From Octopus sinensis (lineage: Eukaryota), in NCBI RefSeq assembly GCF_006345805.1, contig NC_042999.1, forward strand, positions 41,540,001 through 41,604,000: DNA of 64,000 bases, in the 5' to 3' direction. Shown here piece by piece: positions 26,831 through 40,065 of the stretch (position 1 is its first letter; the number at the start of each line of letters is the position of its first letter). The notes below the pieces were generated by a model that had not been told where the DNA came from, searched no databases, and was given only the letters and a program-made list of their open reading frames with translations. A program made the translations under genes and the position numbers.

Positions 26831-28447
26831 TTAAGTGAAATGAATACTGATACATAATATGTGTTGTTAGCAAGTGCAATCCTTTAGCAGTTCTGCTAAG
26901 AAATATGTAATTTTGTCACAAAGTGAAAGCATTTGATGGACAAGTATATTGGCGAAATAGAACAAAGTATTCCAGCATAATGTTTTTTAATTGATCTTGG
27001 AATAATGAAAGACAAAATCAACCGGAAGAACGCTTAAGATCAGAAAGTAAAGGAATATTAGTAAATGTCGCAAGATATTTTCAATATTGTACTTTACCAA
27101 CTCACTAACGTCTATAATTATTTTCAATTCTACAGACACTCCAGATGAGTAGAATATATTTAGTGAACCACTTGGTCTCTCAGCCTTCTAAGAAGAGCAT
27201 CGAAATATTCCTCTAAGCATACTTGTCCGCTTTTAAAAAATGACGCGTTTGTTAATGAAGTCCTCAGAACACTATATTTGAAGATAGCAAGAGATGGTCA
27301 TGGCTGAAACGCTTCTAATTAAACGACTATTCGGTCAAAAAATATCTATTTTTTAATTATTCCATCTTTATACTAGTGAATAACTCACGAATTCTAAGCT
27401 ATTGACTGTTGAATATTTAATTATTGATTACTTTTGAATCTTAAAATACTTCATCAAACATTCTAATTAGGATATAATTAACATGAAACCGCTGGTCGTA
27501 AGTTGTTCTTTTTTTTTTAGTTTAGTCAGAATTAATTGAATAATTTTGATACAATGTGTGTTCACAAATAATTATAAAATCTGTGTTTCATCTAAACTTT
27601 GGAAGCGAGACTGAAACACATAAAATTAAATTTTGCAAGTGAAATTTAACTTAGTTGCCATGATCACAATTGTATGTGTTTGTAGCATGATTTTGACGAA
27701 ACATCAATAGGAATTATTTTGACCCTCATCAGCTCTAATCGAGCAGACACATGATCAAATTCGTTCCTGTTGTGATAATTTCGTATTTTTTATAGTCGGC
27801 GATAGCATTGACTGAGGAGACGCAGTTCTATCGAAACGCTGGTTATATTAACTCCTCATATTCCAACGAATCGAGTGCTATGAACATAAATTTGTCTGGA
27901 ACGAGAAGTTGTTCTATATTGACGAAACATAACACAAAAACATATTCATGTTCAAATCTGCTGGATTGTATTAGGTATGAATACATAAGCCATCATTTTA
28001 ATGATCGTCGATCATTGCACATATGAAAATTCATTTTCGATCGAAAGAAATCGGCATGCATCATTAAGTAATTCCATTTCTGAAGTTAGATTCATTACCT
28101 TATGCAGCTTCGACTGAGGGGAAACAACGATATCGAAACACCGGGGCTCATGAAGAATGAACATTTAAGTCAACATCGTTAGATATAATGCTGCATACTG
28201 AATATTTAAAATAAATTATGTTTTTTTTTTAGAAATTTCTGTCGGCTTAGTTCGAGACGCGTGTTCATAGTGATAAATTAGATGGTTATTGACAATTTGT
28301 CTATTTTCGGCATATTTGGCATTAGAATATTTTTCTTTTGCCCTCGTTTCTAAGTTGTTTATAAATTTAACCTTTAAAGGTATTTTTTAATATACTGGTC
28401 ATTGATAAATTTTTTTTCGAAAACTTTTGTCCTATATTATATATATA

Positions 28448-29855
28448 CAGTTGCGGCCAAAATGTTCAGAACGAAATTGTTTTCGTCAGAAAAGTAAGTA
28501 TAAGTTTTTACCAAAGTAGTTTTATATTCTAGACATACAATATTAATTGTTATTGTCTGAGATTTTGGTGTAATTTGAGAGGATACTACAAAAGTTATGG
28601 ATGATTTAGTGATTTACTGCAAAACCCATGGCGGCCAAAATGATCAGAACGGTTGAAAATATAAAAAGATAATCAAAAATTACAGAGAATACTGGAATTA
28701 TTTAATATTTAGTGTGAAGCCCTTTAGCTTCAATCACACTCTGACATCTTCGACTGCATGAGGAAATTAAATTTTCAATTTCTTGCTGGGTTATCTTATT
28801 CCATTCTTCCTGAAGGGCTTTCCATAATTGCTCAGTTGTTGTAGGATTTCTGGCTTTCAAACGTTCTCCTAGAATATTCCATACATTTTCAATAGGATTG
28901 AGATCTGGGCTTTGAGCAGGCCAATCCATAACAATAACCTTTTCAGCCTTGAGGAAGTTCATGACCACCTTAGCCTTGTGACATGGGGCATTGTCTTGCA
29001 TGAATATGGGTGAATTTCTCAGCACAGGCAAGACATGATCTTTTACAAGTTGTTTATAAACTCCTGCATTTACCTTTCCATGTAATCGCACCAAAGGGCC
29101 CACACCATCTCCAGATATCATCCCCCAAATCATGACACTTCCTCCACCGAATTTAACACTAGTCATAAGGCATTTAGGTGACAATTTTTCACCTACTTTT
29201 CTACGAACGTACCTTTTCCCATCTGAGCCAAATAACATGAACTTAGATTCATCACTGAAATGCACCGTTTGCCATTTTTCTTGAGACCACTACACATGTT
29301 TGGTTGCAAAGGTAAGACGACACTTTTTATTCTTGGAGCTGATCAGTGGCTTCACTGCAGGTACTCTTGCTTGTAGGTCATGTTCAACTAAACGACGATA
29401 CACAGTTTTTCGAGATAAAGTTTTCTTCAATACAATGCTCTTTTTCCGAGAAACAGCAGCAGCAGTTTTAGATCTGTCCTTTTTAACCAACTTTACCATA
29501 GCACGATCTTCTCTCTTGGTCGTTTTTTCTTGGCCTACCTGTAAACTTTCTTGCTTCACACGAACCACAATCATCGTAGACCTTAAGAATACCGTGTACA
29601 ACACTTTTTGACTTGTTAACAATCTTTGCAATAGATCCAATACTTAAATTATCCTTCCTTCGAAGCTTAATAATCTGCTGACGAATTGGTAACGGGGGTA
29701 AGTGGCATTATATTAACAAAGTACACTGCAAATATTCTTACTAACGTTTAGTAAACGAACCGTCACGTAAACAAATTCAAAACATTAGAGTTCGCCGGTT
29801 AAATATACTAAAACACGGAGTAAAAGCAACCGTTCTGATCATTTTGGCCGCCATG
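28448..29855 (-). mobile_element. Tc1-family DNA transposon with IR/DR termini, one end truncated
   Basis: TA|cagttgcggccaaaatgttcagaacg outer repeat at 28448; inner repeat catggcggccaaaatgatcagaacggttg at 28627-28655 and its exact reverse complement at 29827-29855. Confidence 0.9.
28702..29708 (-). pseudogene. Tc1 DD34E transposase, disrupted
   Basis: FSDESKF, FMQDNAPCH and WPAQSPDLNPIENVW (34 residues between the second D and the E); GRPRK hook; frameshifts near 29525 and 29690 and an in-frame stop at 29290. Confidence 0.92.
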
Positions 29856-29926
29856 TGAATGGATTTGGTAGATGGAAACGTAAAGAAGCCCATCCTATAT
29901 ATATGTATGTATTTCTGTGCATGTGT

Positions 29927-29957
<31 letters not shown>

Positions 29958-30128
29958 CGTGTGTGAATCTATCCCTCTGCTATCGCTTGACTACCGATGC
30001 TGGTGTGTTTGTTCTCGTAACTTGGTGGTTCGGCGAAAGATATCTATAGAATAAGTACTAAGCTTACAAAAATAAGTCCTCGGGGCGTTTTCTTGGCCGC
30101 AATCACATGACTGAATCAATTCAAAGAA
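29856..30128 (+). mobile_element. SINE family A, 5'-truncated, joined to the Tc1 end
   Basis: ggatttggtagatggaaacg..aagaagccc + TA/TG tract + tcgcttgactaccgatgctggtgtg. Confidence 0.75.
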
Positions 30129-30139
30129 CAAATGAATGA

Positions 30140-30210
30140 GATAGATAGATAGATTGATAGATAGATAGATAGATAGATAGATAGACAGATAGATAGACAG
30201 ACAGACAGAG

Positions 30211-30289
<79 letters not shown>

Positions 30290-30293
30290 TAGA

Positions 30294-30342
<49 letters not shown>

Positions 30343-30402
30343 TGACAGACAGACAGACAGACAGACAGATAGACAGATAGATAGATAGATAGATAGATAG
30401 AT
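30140..30402. repeat. (GATA)n/(GACA)n microsatellite
   Basis: Directly visible. Confidence 0.95.
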
Positions 30403-32402
30403 ATGTTTCTTTATTAGCCACACAGGGCTGCACACAGATAGAACAAATTACAAGGTAGAGCTTTTCTTTTGAAGGTATTAAAAAAAAAAAAAAAAAAAAA
30501 GGAAGGGGGAGGTTCGATCGTAAAAGGAGAGAAAGAGGACAAAAATAAGGGGGGTTAAAAAAAAAAAAAAAAATAAAAAAAAAAAAAAGGGGGGAGAGGA
30601 AAAAAAAATGATCAATAGGGATCGTTATCACAGAAATGTCAATATGAAGTGTAAAGGGGAGGACAGGTGAGGGTTTACCCGTGGAAAGAAAAGCCTGCGG
30701 AAAAGACCACGGTAACCTCGGTCAATGAAGTCACATTTTATATTTCTTTTTTTTTTTTTTTTTTTTTTTTTGCAAATAAGCAACTCTCTGTTTTCGATTC
30801 TGGGTTCATAGGACTATGCTCAAGGTGGCTCGTCATTCATACGTGCCATTCTTGCTACATTCACCCATCTTTTTTTAAAACATTCGCTAGACAAAACTTG
30901 CCTCTCTACTCTCACTTTCCTTTTCAAGTGGTACTTGAAGAAGTTGATGAGAGATTGACCAGAGAGGAAAGTGTTTGTCTCCAATCCTTTCAGACGCGTC
31001 CCCCAGATACATTCTTTCGCCATAGCCACAAGGATGATGAAAATAGCTCTTCCTTCCCGTTTGAAGGAAGGAGGCGTGACAATATTGACGATAGACTCAG
31101 CTGATAAACCGACTCGTCCCACACGTGACAGCAGTTGTTCGACATAAGCCCACAGGTCGGGGAAATTGTTGGACACTGAACGAGTGCGTGCAGAACGGTT
31201 TCGTCGCTCTGACCGCATCTCGGCAGGTCGGCCCCGTGTTTCTCGAGCCGTGTCTGTAGAGCTTATCCCGAACGGGTAGCGCTTCTCGGTAGCACTGCCA
31301 GGCCAGGGATCTCTGGAAGTTGTCCATGGGCCCTGGCCCGAAAGTCGTCCCGAACAGGCGGGTCAGGTACTCCTCGTCGACGTCCAGGTTCGCCCCGAGC
31401 TCGTCGTCGTACCTCCCCTCCACTAAACCCCTATAGAATGCTTTGGTTGTGTTGAAGTCACTTAAGGTCGACCCAGGACGGCAGAGTTGCTTGAGAGCAA
31501 CGCGACACTCGCGGTGCCATTCGCCCTTCCTCGGCCTCTTTTTGATCCACGACTGCAGTTCGGTCATGGAGACGAGCTGCGGGAAAGCGTGCCCACAAAC
31601 GGCGACCACACCTGTTCACCGTCGTCTACATAGAGCCAGAGATGTCGCAGTCTCAGCGCGTGTCTGCGCATCATCAACCACGGCATGCCCAGCCCTCCTT
31701 TTAACGGGTGTTGACAGCAAATGGATCGCTGACCATCGGGACGCATCCTTTCCACAGAAGCGAAAGAGGATGCGTTGTAGTTTGGTGATGGTAGGGTCGG
31801 GACAAGGTACGACGGTCAGGCGGTGGTAGTAGATGACGGACGCGATGTACGTGTTCGCCACCTCCGCTCGACCTTTTAGGGACAGTTTCCTCTCGGCCAT
31901 TGCCGGGCGAGAGTGACCACCCTACTCGTTATCTCGTTCCAGTTCTTCTCCACTTGGAGGTCCGGACCAAACCAGACCCCGAGCAACTCAACGGGCCGTC
32001 GGTCCAGCGTCCCACGACGGAGGCGCTGGTGGACGGCATGGGCTTGCTTCTCCAGGTGCCTAGTCGCAAGCCACTGACTTTTCCGGTTGATTTTCGCTCC
32101 TGTCACCGCTTCGTAGTTTTTCAGTGTCTCGCCGACCAGCTCGATGTGCTCGTGGCTAGACACTATGACGGTGACGTCGTCCGCGTATGCAGACACGCTC
32201 GTCCGCATCCCATTCTCGCGGGATGCCCCTTAGAGTCGCCAGCTTCCGCAGGTAGTGGCTCAAGAGTCAATACGTATAGAAGCGCCGAGAGGGGGCATCC
32301 CTGACGGACCGAACGTGCAATGTCGAAAGGTCTCGATAGATGTCCATTTACGCGAATTACCGAACGGATGCCTCTGTACAAGGCAGCTATCCAGCCGCGG
32401 AA
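30403..32402 (-). mobile_element. Tx1/L1-clade LINE, 5'-truncated (RT, C-terminal zinc-knuckle region, 3' UTR)
   Basis: SVRQGCPLSALLYVLTLEP, SAYADDVTVIV, YEAVTGAKIN, LSLKGRAEVAN, GGLGMP, AWQCYREALPV and CxxC..ETVLH in successive frames; 3' end ggctAATAAAgaaacatat then (CTAT)n. Confidence 0.9.
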
Positions 32403-32407
32403 GATAT

Positions 32408-32441
<34 letters not shown>

Positions 32442-32442
<1 letters not shown>

Positions 32443-32898
32443 TTTTTATTAGCTACACTGGGCTGGACACAGACGGGACAAATTACAAAGTAGGGCTTTT
32501 CTTTTTGGGAGAGAAAGAAAAAAAAAAGTGGGGTAGGTTTTCGATCAAAAGGGATCGTAGAAAGGAAAAAAAAGAAAAGAAAAAGACGATCAATAGGGAT
32601 CGTGTATCACAGAAATATCATGATGTAAAGTGTATAGGGGGAAGCAGATAAGGTTTATCCATGGAAAGAAAAGCCTACGGAAAAGACTATGGTAATCTCG
32701 GTCATTAATGTCACATGTTAACACATTTATTTGCAAGTAACTCTCTATTCTAAATTTTTCCGGGTTCATAGGATTATGCTCGAGGTGGCTTCGTCATTCA
32801 TACGTGCCATCCTTGCTACATTCACCCATCTTTTTTGGACACATTCGCTAGACAAAACTTGCCTCTCTACTCTCACTTTCCTTTTCAAGTGATACTTG

Positions 32899-32903
<5 letters not shown>
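32442..32903 (-). mobile_element. Second, shorter, diverged 3' end of the same Tx1-like family
   Basis: Homologous to 30403-30940 (ctagacaaaacttgcctctctactctcactttccttttcaagtg); (GATA)n on both sides. Confidence 0.88.
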
Positions 32904-32933
<30 letters not shown>

Positions 32934-32970
32934 TGAGACAGAGAGAGAGACAAATAGCTAGCTAGCTAGC

Positions 32971-33064
<94 letters not shown>

Positions 33065-33989
33065 GATAGATAGATAAATAGATAGATAAAATATATAGAT
33101 AGGTAGACATTTTGAAAATTCGGTGATTTCTTTTGTTTAGTTTTTAGAAGTAGCAAAACATATATGGCAAACAATTTCTAAATAGTAGTATTTTGCAGAT
33201 TTCTTTGAAGTTAAGTATGTATATAGCTAGGTGCTAAGAAATGTATGTAACATAATTAATGGAACGTGCACAGTTTTTATATCTGAAGGTGAGTATTGAA
33301 TGTTTGGAAACATACAAGATTAACTGCTGAAATAAACTTAGGGTGCCAGTAAGATGATGAATTAGTTTACTAATTAAGCAGAGCGGCTAATGTAAAAGAA
33401 TAAGGTTGTCGTAGTATGCCTCGTATTATCAATGTTAAGTTTCGAGACTTGATCGATATCAATGCAAGTAAACGTAATACAAAGTTGAATCGAAGATTAA
33501 AATCGTGGAAAACAGCAAATACTATTGAAAACAAAATAGAAATACACATGAGATATTTAACAACTAATAAATAATGTTTCAAAGCTCTACTTAAAAACAA
33601 GCTGTTTTCTATACAGAAATATTCTTGTAATACAATGCGCTTATCCTATTTCCGGAAAATGTCACTATAATCTCTTTAAAAATTATTCAGAAACGTCACT
33701 GTAGGTGTCCTAAATTTTCATTGTTGTATCATCATTTGATTTATTTTCTTTCCTTTCTTTCCCTTTGCTCGCTTGCTTGCTTAATTTAATAAGCAATGAT
33801 TTCCGTGTCTTCAATTAAGTAGAATTTTTTGTGTAACTTCAATCTTCTTAAAACTAGCGAAGAGTTCGATATATTAATCGCAATCTATTTATATGAGATT
33901 TGTTCATTTATATACAGGGAGAAAAACTTACACAAGTTTGTCCACACATACATACGGATATAATCTCCCGTATATATATATATTTTTTT

Positions 33990-34142
33990 TTTCTCTCTCT
34001 GTGTATCTTTCTGTTGAAGAGCGTAGGCTCGAAACGTTAAAGACTTGTTTTATTTATATTTCCTGAGCGCCATACTAATACAATTGTTCGTTTGTTTTCC
34101 ACCTGCCTTCGTCTTTTGTTTATTTTCATAAAGCTTCCCGTT
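33990..34142 (+). mobile_element. Family P2 hammerhead-bearing short element
   Basis: Reverse complement of 8270-8400; ends at a TA tract. Confidence 0.7.
34006..34043 (+). ncRNA. Minimal hammerhead motif, variant core CUGUUGA
   Basis: tcttt CTGTTGA a gagc-gtag-gctc GAAAC GTT aaaga. Confidence 0.65.
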
Positions 34143-34516
34143 ATATATATATATACACGCACAGGCATACAACCTGTCTCGGTAACCCGGAATTTTAAGG
34201 AATCTTCGTGTGATTCGGTAGATACCTGCTAAGATATCACCAACCAATTATAGAATGAAAAGCTAGGGAAGTTCCTTAAGTAATATCAGACGTTACATAC
34301 ACAAATTTGAGGGAGAGAGAGATGGGGTGGGGCACAAAGAAAAAGCTGTTTGAAATCATGTAAAATCGACATCACTACAGTGAAGCCAGCATATGCTTTC
34401 TGAAGCAACACAAATATTTGGGGTGGGTGCTTTGAAACAGTTTATTTAAAAGTAAATAAGGGTATATATATGTATATGCATATATATATATATAGATATA
34501 TATAGATATATATATA

Positions 34517-34550
<34 letters not shown>

Positions 34551-34589
34551 GCATATACATATATATCAATTTAATATATATATGTGTAT

Positions 34590-34790
34590 TTAAAGTTAAT
34601 CCAAACAAGAAAGCACAAAAAAAATCACAACAACGCGAGGACGTGGAACAAATATAGTATTATTGGACGCTCAGGAAAGAAGGAAAGAAGGAGGGTTTAA
34701 CGTTTCGAGCGGAGCACGTCGTCGGAAACATAAGAGAAGGAAAGATCCAGAGAAGGGAAGACAGAGGGGAAAAAATCGCCAACGGTACAC
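34590..34790 (-). mobile_element. Family P1 element with mutated hammerhead (34695-34729)
   Basis: Homolog of 14845-15060; minus strand gttt CCGACGA c gtgc-tcc-gctc GAAAC GTT aaac. Confidence 0.7.
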
Positions 34791-35743
34791 ATATATATTA
34801 GCGTATAAACATGTGGCTGAATCTGTGTTTGCTTCGAGATATATCGTTCCAAAACAAGATTTCACATTTTTTGGGAAGCTTATATTTTCTTATGACGTCA
34901 ACAAAATAAACATTAATTTGTCGCTTTCAGATCCGGCTTCAGATGTAACACAGCGTAGACCAAAATGCTCATTGTTGCATTTATTTACCTCTCTTCAGTT
35001 CCTTCTTCAATTGCCATTGTATACGACCTTGTCTCTCATCCTTCTGCAATCGATAAAACAAACAGCATTGGCTAATAATACAAGAAGAAGTTTCCATTAA
35101 GAATTTGGGGGCCATTGTGTTGTTAAGTAATGTATGAAATCATTACATTGATATTTATAACTATGGCGCCTTACACACACAGCTTGAATAAGAACAACAG
35201 TCTTATCATGACTGGTTCTGCAATATTTCTATCTCTCACGGAGTTCCGTACTTAATAATGAAAAAACTAAAATAAAAGCAAAACGAAAAAAAAAAAAAAA
35301 CTAAAATAATATATATTTACCATGTCTCATTACACAAAATATCCTCCAGCTATTTACTTACAATCTAACGTGCACGGGAACATTAGTAAAAAATACTAGC
35401 GCTGTTACTTGGTTTCTGTAATTATTTAGCCAATCCTCGTCTGTTTCAGTAGTACAAGTATTGGAATGCAACGCTCCACTTTGCCTGTTCTTTTATTTCT
35501 TCATTTATTTTCATAGTTTAGTGGTTGAAGTCTGAAATATTGTTCTACGTGTATTCTCTCACGGTATCATATACAGCCCTGATATAGACAGGGTCAGACT
35601 ATTGAAACTAGATAATGTCATACTGCTGTCACAATATATGTCGTTGTTCTGAGCAGCTATCATTTGATAAAGTTGACAATGTTGTTATGTCAAAGGGTTC
35701 AAATAGACTGAAAATAAAAACAAAATTTCTCCACCTCCGCCAC

Positions 35744-35802
<59 letters not shown>

Positions 35803-35955
35803 ACTCTCTTACTCACTCAGTCTCTCTTACATTCGCTTTGCGCATATACAAAACACTTTTATTCTCTCTCGCATACACGTACAGAAACCCCAACATCTTC
35901 TCTCACTCACACGTACAAACGCAGACATCTACTGCATATATAATATTTCAATTCA

Positions 35956-35996
<41 letters not shown>

Positions 35997-36046
35997 TCGT
36001 GCAAAAACATATTCACGCTCTCAAGTTTGTATTTTCAAATAACTAC

Positions 36047-36130
<84 letters not shown>

Positions 36131-36278
36131 ATGTCTGTCTGTCTGTGTCTCTGCCTATCTGCCTTTCTGTTTATGTATCTATTTATTTATTTATCGATCA
36201 ATCGATTGATCAACCTATCTATCTCAAACACTCTCCACTTCTCTCCCCATACACCCCCTCTATCTCTCTCGCTATATA

Positions 36279-36326
<48 letters not shown>

Positions 36327-37193
36327 TATATATGTGTGTATGTACCTATGTATGTATGTGCGCATGTATGTTAGTGTGTGTGTGTATGCACACGCGGGGC
36401 CGGGCACATACTAACGAACAGACATACACACACGTTCACAAACACATTCACGGACACACGCACACATATATTCACAATGCGCGTGCGCACACATAGACAC
36501 ACACACACACACACACACACGCACAAATACGAACATACAAACAAAGACACATACACACATATATACACATACAAATACAAAAATTGAAATGTACCGAATT
36601 TGGAGCCGAGGACACACACAATGTTTATGCCTACCTATGAATATCATCACTCGCATACACACACAGAAAAACATATATACACATACACACACACACACAC
36701 CATTCATATGCACGAACGTACGCTTACACAAATAAATATAAGTCTCCTATTTTTTTTCAATTATTGCGTTGTTTTCTCATAATGTAAAACGTGTTGTCGA
36801 TTCTATCAATAAAATAATATGGGCTATGATGTTTAGAACATGTTGCAGTTTGCTTTTGGAACCTTAAATATGATAACAAATAATGTGTGGAGAATATGCC
36901 TATTGAGATTCCGAGTCTATTGTGTTATGTAATATATTTGTTTTACTGCAGGTGCGCTCAGAAAGAGTATATTTTCAATATTTCTTATATAATGTTGTTT
37001 TTCCAAATATCAACGTTAAAACAACATACATACATGCATGCATACATATGTATATATATATTTATGTTTGTATTTATATATAAACACAATATAGATATAT
37101 AGACACATGGATATATACATACACTTACACAGACACACACATATGTGTATAATGTATAAATATTTATATATGTTTATATACACAACATATATA

Positions 37194-37356
37194 GGCGCAG
37201 GCGTGGCTGTGTGGTAAGAAGCTCGCTTTCCAGCCACTTGGTTGCGGGTTCAGTCCTACTGCTTGGCACCTTGGGTAAGTGTCTTCTACTATAGCCTCGG
37301 CCTTCCAACGCCTTGTGACTGGACTTGATAGACGGAAACTCAAAGAAGCCGTCGTA
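37194..37356 (+). mobile_element. SINE family A, 5' module only
   Basis: ggcgcaggcgtggctgtgtggtaagaag...gggttcagtcc...gacggaaactcaaagaagccgtcg. Confidence 0.8.
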
Positions 37357-37599
37357 TCTATATATATAAAACTGAGAATGTGTCTCTGTCTGTGTGACTG
37401 TATGTGTGCATCACTAAAACTCGAGAAATATCCATTCAAATTTTACACATACCTTACTTCGTGTCCATGCAGTATCATGGGCCAAAATAAGTTCCAACGT
37501 TCTGCCTAATGCGAGCCTGGAGCAATCTCTTACCTCTTACACTATTTCAGTAGTACGTGTCAAAAGTGAAACAATAACATCTTTATTCTAATGTGAGAT

Positions 37600-38540
37600 A
37601 ATACTTTCAGTATGTACATAATATACATATTGAAACTGTTATCTCTATCCTTCAGTTGCTTATTCAGCCGCTTTGAGATCTTTGACCTGTGTCTCATGAG
37701 GACTTTTCTGTCCCTGGGAATCTTTTTTGACAATGTGCTGGTCTTTCTTTCTGGGATAGATTTAGTGCATATAGCTTGCACTGCTGACATAAATTGGCTG
37801 AGTTTCAGATCAGTGTCTTGCATACGCAGAATATTGGACCAGTTTCGTTTGTGCCTCTCTTTGCGGATTGATTCCCATTTTGCCTTATGAAATTCAGGTT
37901 GGACAAGGCTTGAGTCCTCCTGATAGGGTAGATCCCAAAAGTTCGCACAGGACCATACATAGTTCAACAATGTTCTTTTCTGAGACTGCCGTTGATGTCA
38001 CCTTCTCATTATAGTTAAGGTATACATTATTTGTGAATCATTAGTTCAATATGTTGTTTCCCTTGGTTGGCCTGAGTGTCACTTGCTCCAAGCTTATTAG
38101 TAAGTTCAAACAATGACACTACAGGCTTTTATTCATGCAGTAACATCCCAGAGAGGATGTGGCCTTCTGGAAATTTAACATGTGGGAGGTTGAAATCATC
38201 CAGGAAGTGTAAGTTGATGTTCTGGTCTAGGTTTGTTAATATATCTTCGATGTGCTTGAGGGTATCCTTAAATTTTCCGTCACATTTCGTGGTATTCGGC
38301 GGAACATATATTGTGCATACAGCTACATCAGCTTGCTTTATATGTATTATTGAGGTGTTGCAAACTGAGTTTGAATGTGATAGTAATACAAGAGGTGTGA
38401 CGTCTTCACGGATGTACATAGTAATTCCACCGTAGCTTCTTTCTGTACGAAATACAGCACACCCTGGTATATGCACTTCCGCATCTGTTACATCAGGAGC
38501 TAGATGCTCCCTCAGAAAGGTTATGTAAGCGTGCACGATC
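37600..38540 (-). pseudogene. LINE (CR1/L2-like) APE endonuclease and linker remnant
   Basis: EHLAPDVTDAEVHIPGCAVFRTER..GGITMYIRE, CTIYVPP and DDFNLPH, followed by FHKAKWESIR and KKIPRDRKVLMRHR. Confidence 0.8.
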
Positions 38541-39623
38541 ATGTTAACACCGTCCAACACTTTCAAAGTACCGACCATAATACCTCCAGTAATACTTGCC
38601 CAAATCTTGATGCATCCTTCCCCTATATCGGAGCCTCAAGTGTTGATGGCTATCTCGTCCATTTACAGCTCATCCCTCGCTCCAACCATCAGGTCCATCA
38701 AGGGTAGCATAAGTTTCATTCATAAACAAAAGTTTAGAAAAATCGACTTTCATGATATCTTCTACTCATTTGAAACGATTTTGTATGTGTATTTTGCATA
38801 CAGTAGGCCTTTTAGCAGATGTCACTGGTTTACCGACCTTTTACCGAAGATGACATCGGGTAGTTCTGGGCATAGTTCTTTCGCCAATGCGCATGAGAAG
38901 TTTACCACAAAGAACGTTGAGAAACAGCCTTGTTACATATCTTCGTAGGAGCTGCAACATTTTTTTTTCACAGTTTGGTTTATATCTTCCAAATATTTTA
39001 GATATTCCTAATGTTGATTTCCTTTTGCATGTTCAGAAATAATTACAGATTTCTCTGAAGCAGTTAAGACACATTTACGACCCATAATTACGCGATGATA
39101 AGAACACTCGTCAATAATTTGGAACACTGAAGGTTCATGGAAATTAGGCAAATGGCCGCGGTTTGTGTACACTTACGCAAAATCGCACTTTCTTTAAAAA
39201 CCAAGCGTATATAATTTTTGCTATCATTCTGTGGAAATTTCGTTGAATTCTGAAGAGTACATTTTAAATAAAGTATTAAAAAATGTTACGTCTTAAATAA
39301 TTCGGTGTATGTGTGTGTATACCTATATATTATATATACACATATATACGTTCATACATACATACATGCATACAAATATGTATATATATGGGAGTGTGTG
39401 TGAGTGTGTGTGCGTGTGTGTGTGTGTGTGTATTTTCAATGTGTACAAATAACACGGAAAAAGTAAATAAATAGTTACCAGGGTAGCAAAAAATTCACTT
39501 AAGTATCAGAGATGTTACAGCCTACTTATAAAGTTAGAAATTCCAGGGTTTAGTGATATGTTTTTGTATGACAAATAAATAAAGAAATGGAGTTAAACGC
39601 AGGTGTTATTCGAATCTTTATAC

Positions 39624-39711
39624 TTCCGACATATGCTTCGAAAAAAAACCATTGCTATTATTCCAGAGGGAATAAAACGCTGTAAAACAATGCGATCTTC
39701 TCATCAGGGAA
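39624..39711 (-). ncRNA. Type I hammerhead motif with long helix II (A15.1 mutated to G)
   Basis: Minus strand ttcc CTGATGA gaaga..cattg.....caatg..ttttc GAAG catat GTC ggaa; helix III derives from palindromic acatatgt. Confidence 0.6.
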
Positions 39712-39916
39712 AAAAGTGACAAACAAAACAAATCAATAAACCATTTTAACCGAATGTGAATTTAACCGAAATTATATTTAACGTCAAATGCAATTTACAG
39801 ACAGAGAAGCAGGAGACAGAAAGAAACTAGCAGAAAACCAAGAATGGAGAAATGTAGTGTGATAAATAAACGGGATTATAGTTTAAAGACGTGGAAACAT
39901 ACTTATATAATATATA

Positions 39917-39978
<62 letters not shown>

Positions 39979-40034
39979 GTATGTATGTATGTATGTAGTA
40001 TGTATGTATGTATGTATGTATGTATGTATGTATG

Positions 40035-40065
<31 letters not shown>

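Noticed and set aside
29300-29611. Plus-strand ORFs over the Tc1 element, and likewise over the Tx1 LINE (30667-32304)
   Set aside because: Antisense shadows of minus-strand transposon coding sequence.
33191-33295. Possible exon (ttttgcag ... gaag|gtgagt); other splice-like sites at ~5902, ~10420 and ~47519
   Set aside because: No coherent reading frame or chain of exons; such sites are expected by chance, though UTR or lncRNA exons cannot be excluded without RNA-seq.
35615-36496. 293-aa ORF, the longest in the track
   Set aside because: Made of TC, TA, TATC and CA microsatellite translations that simply lack stops.
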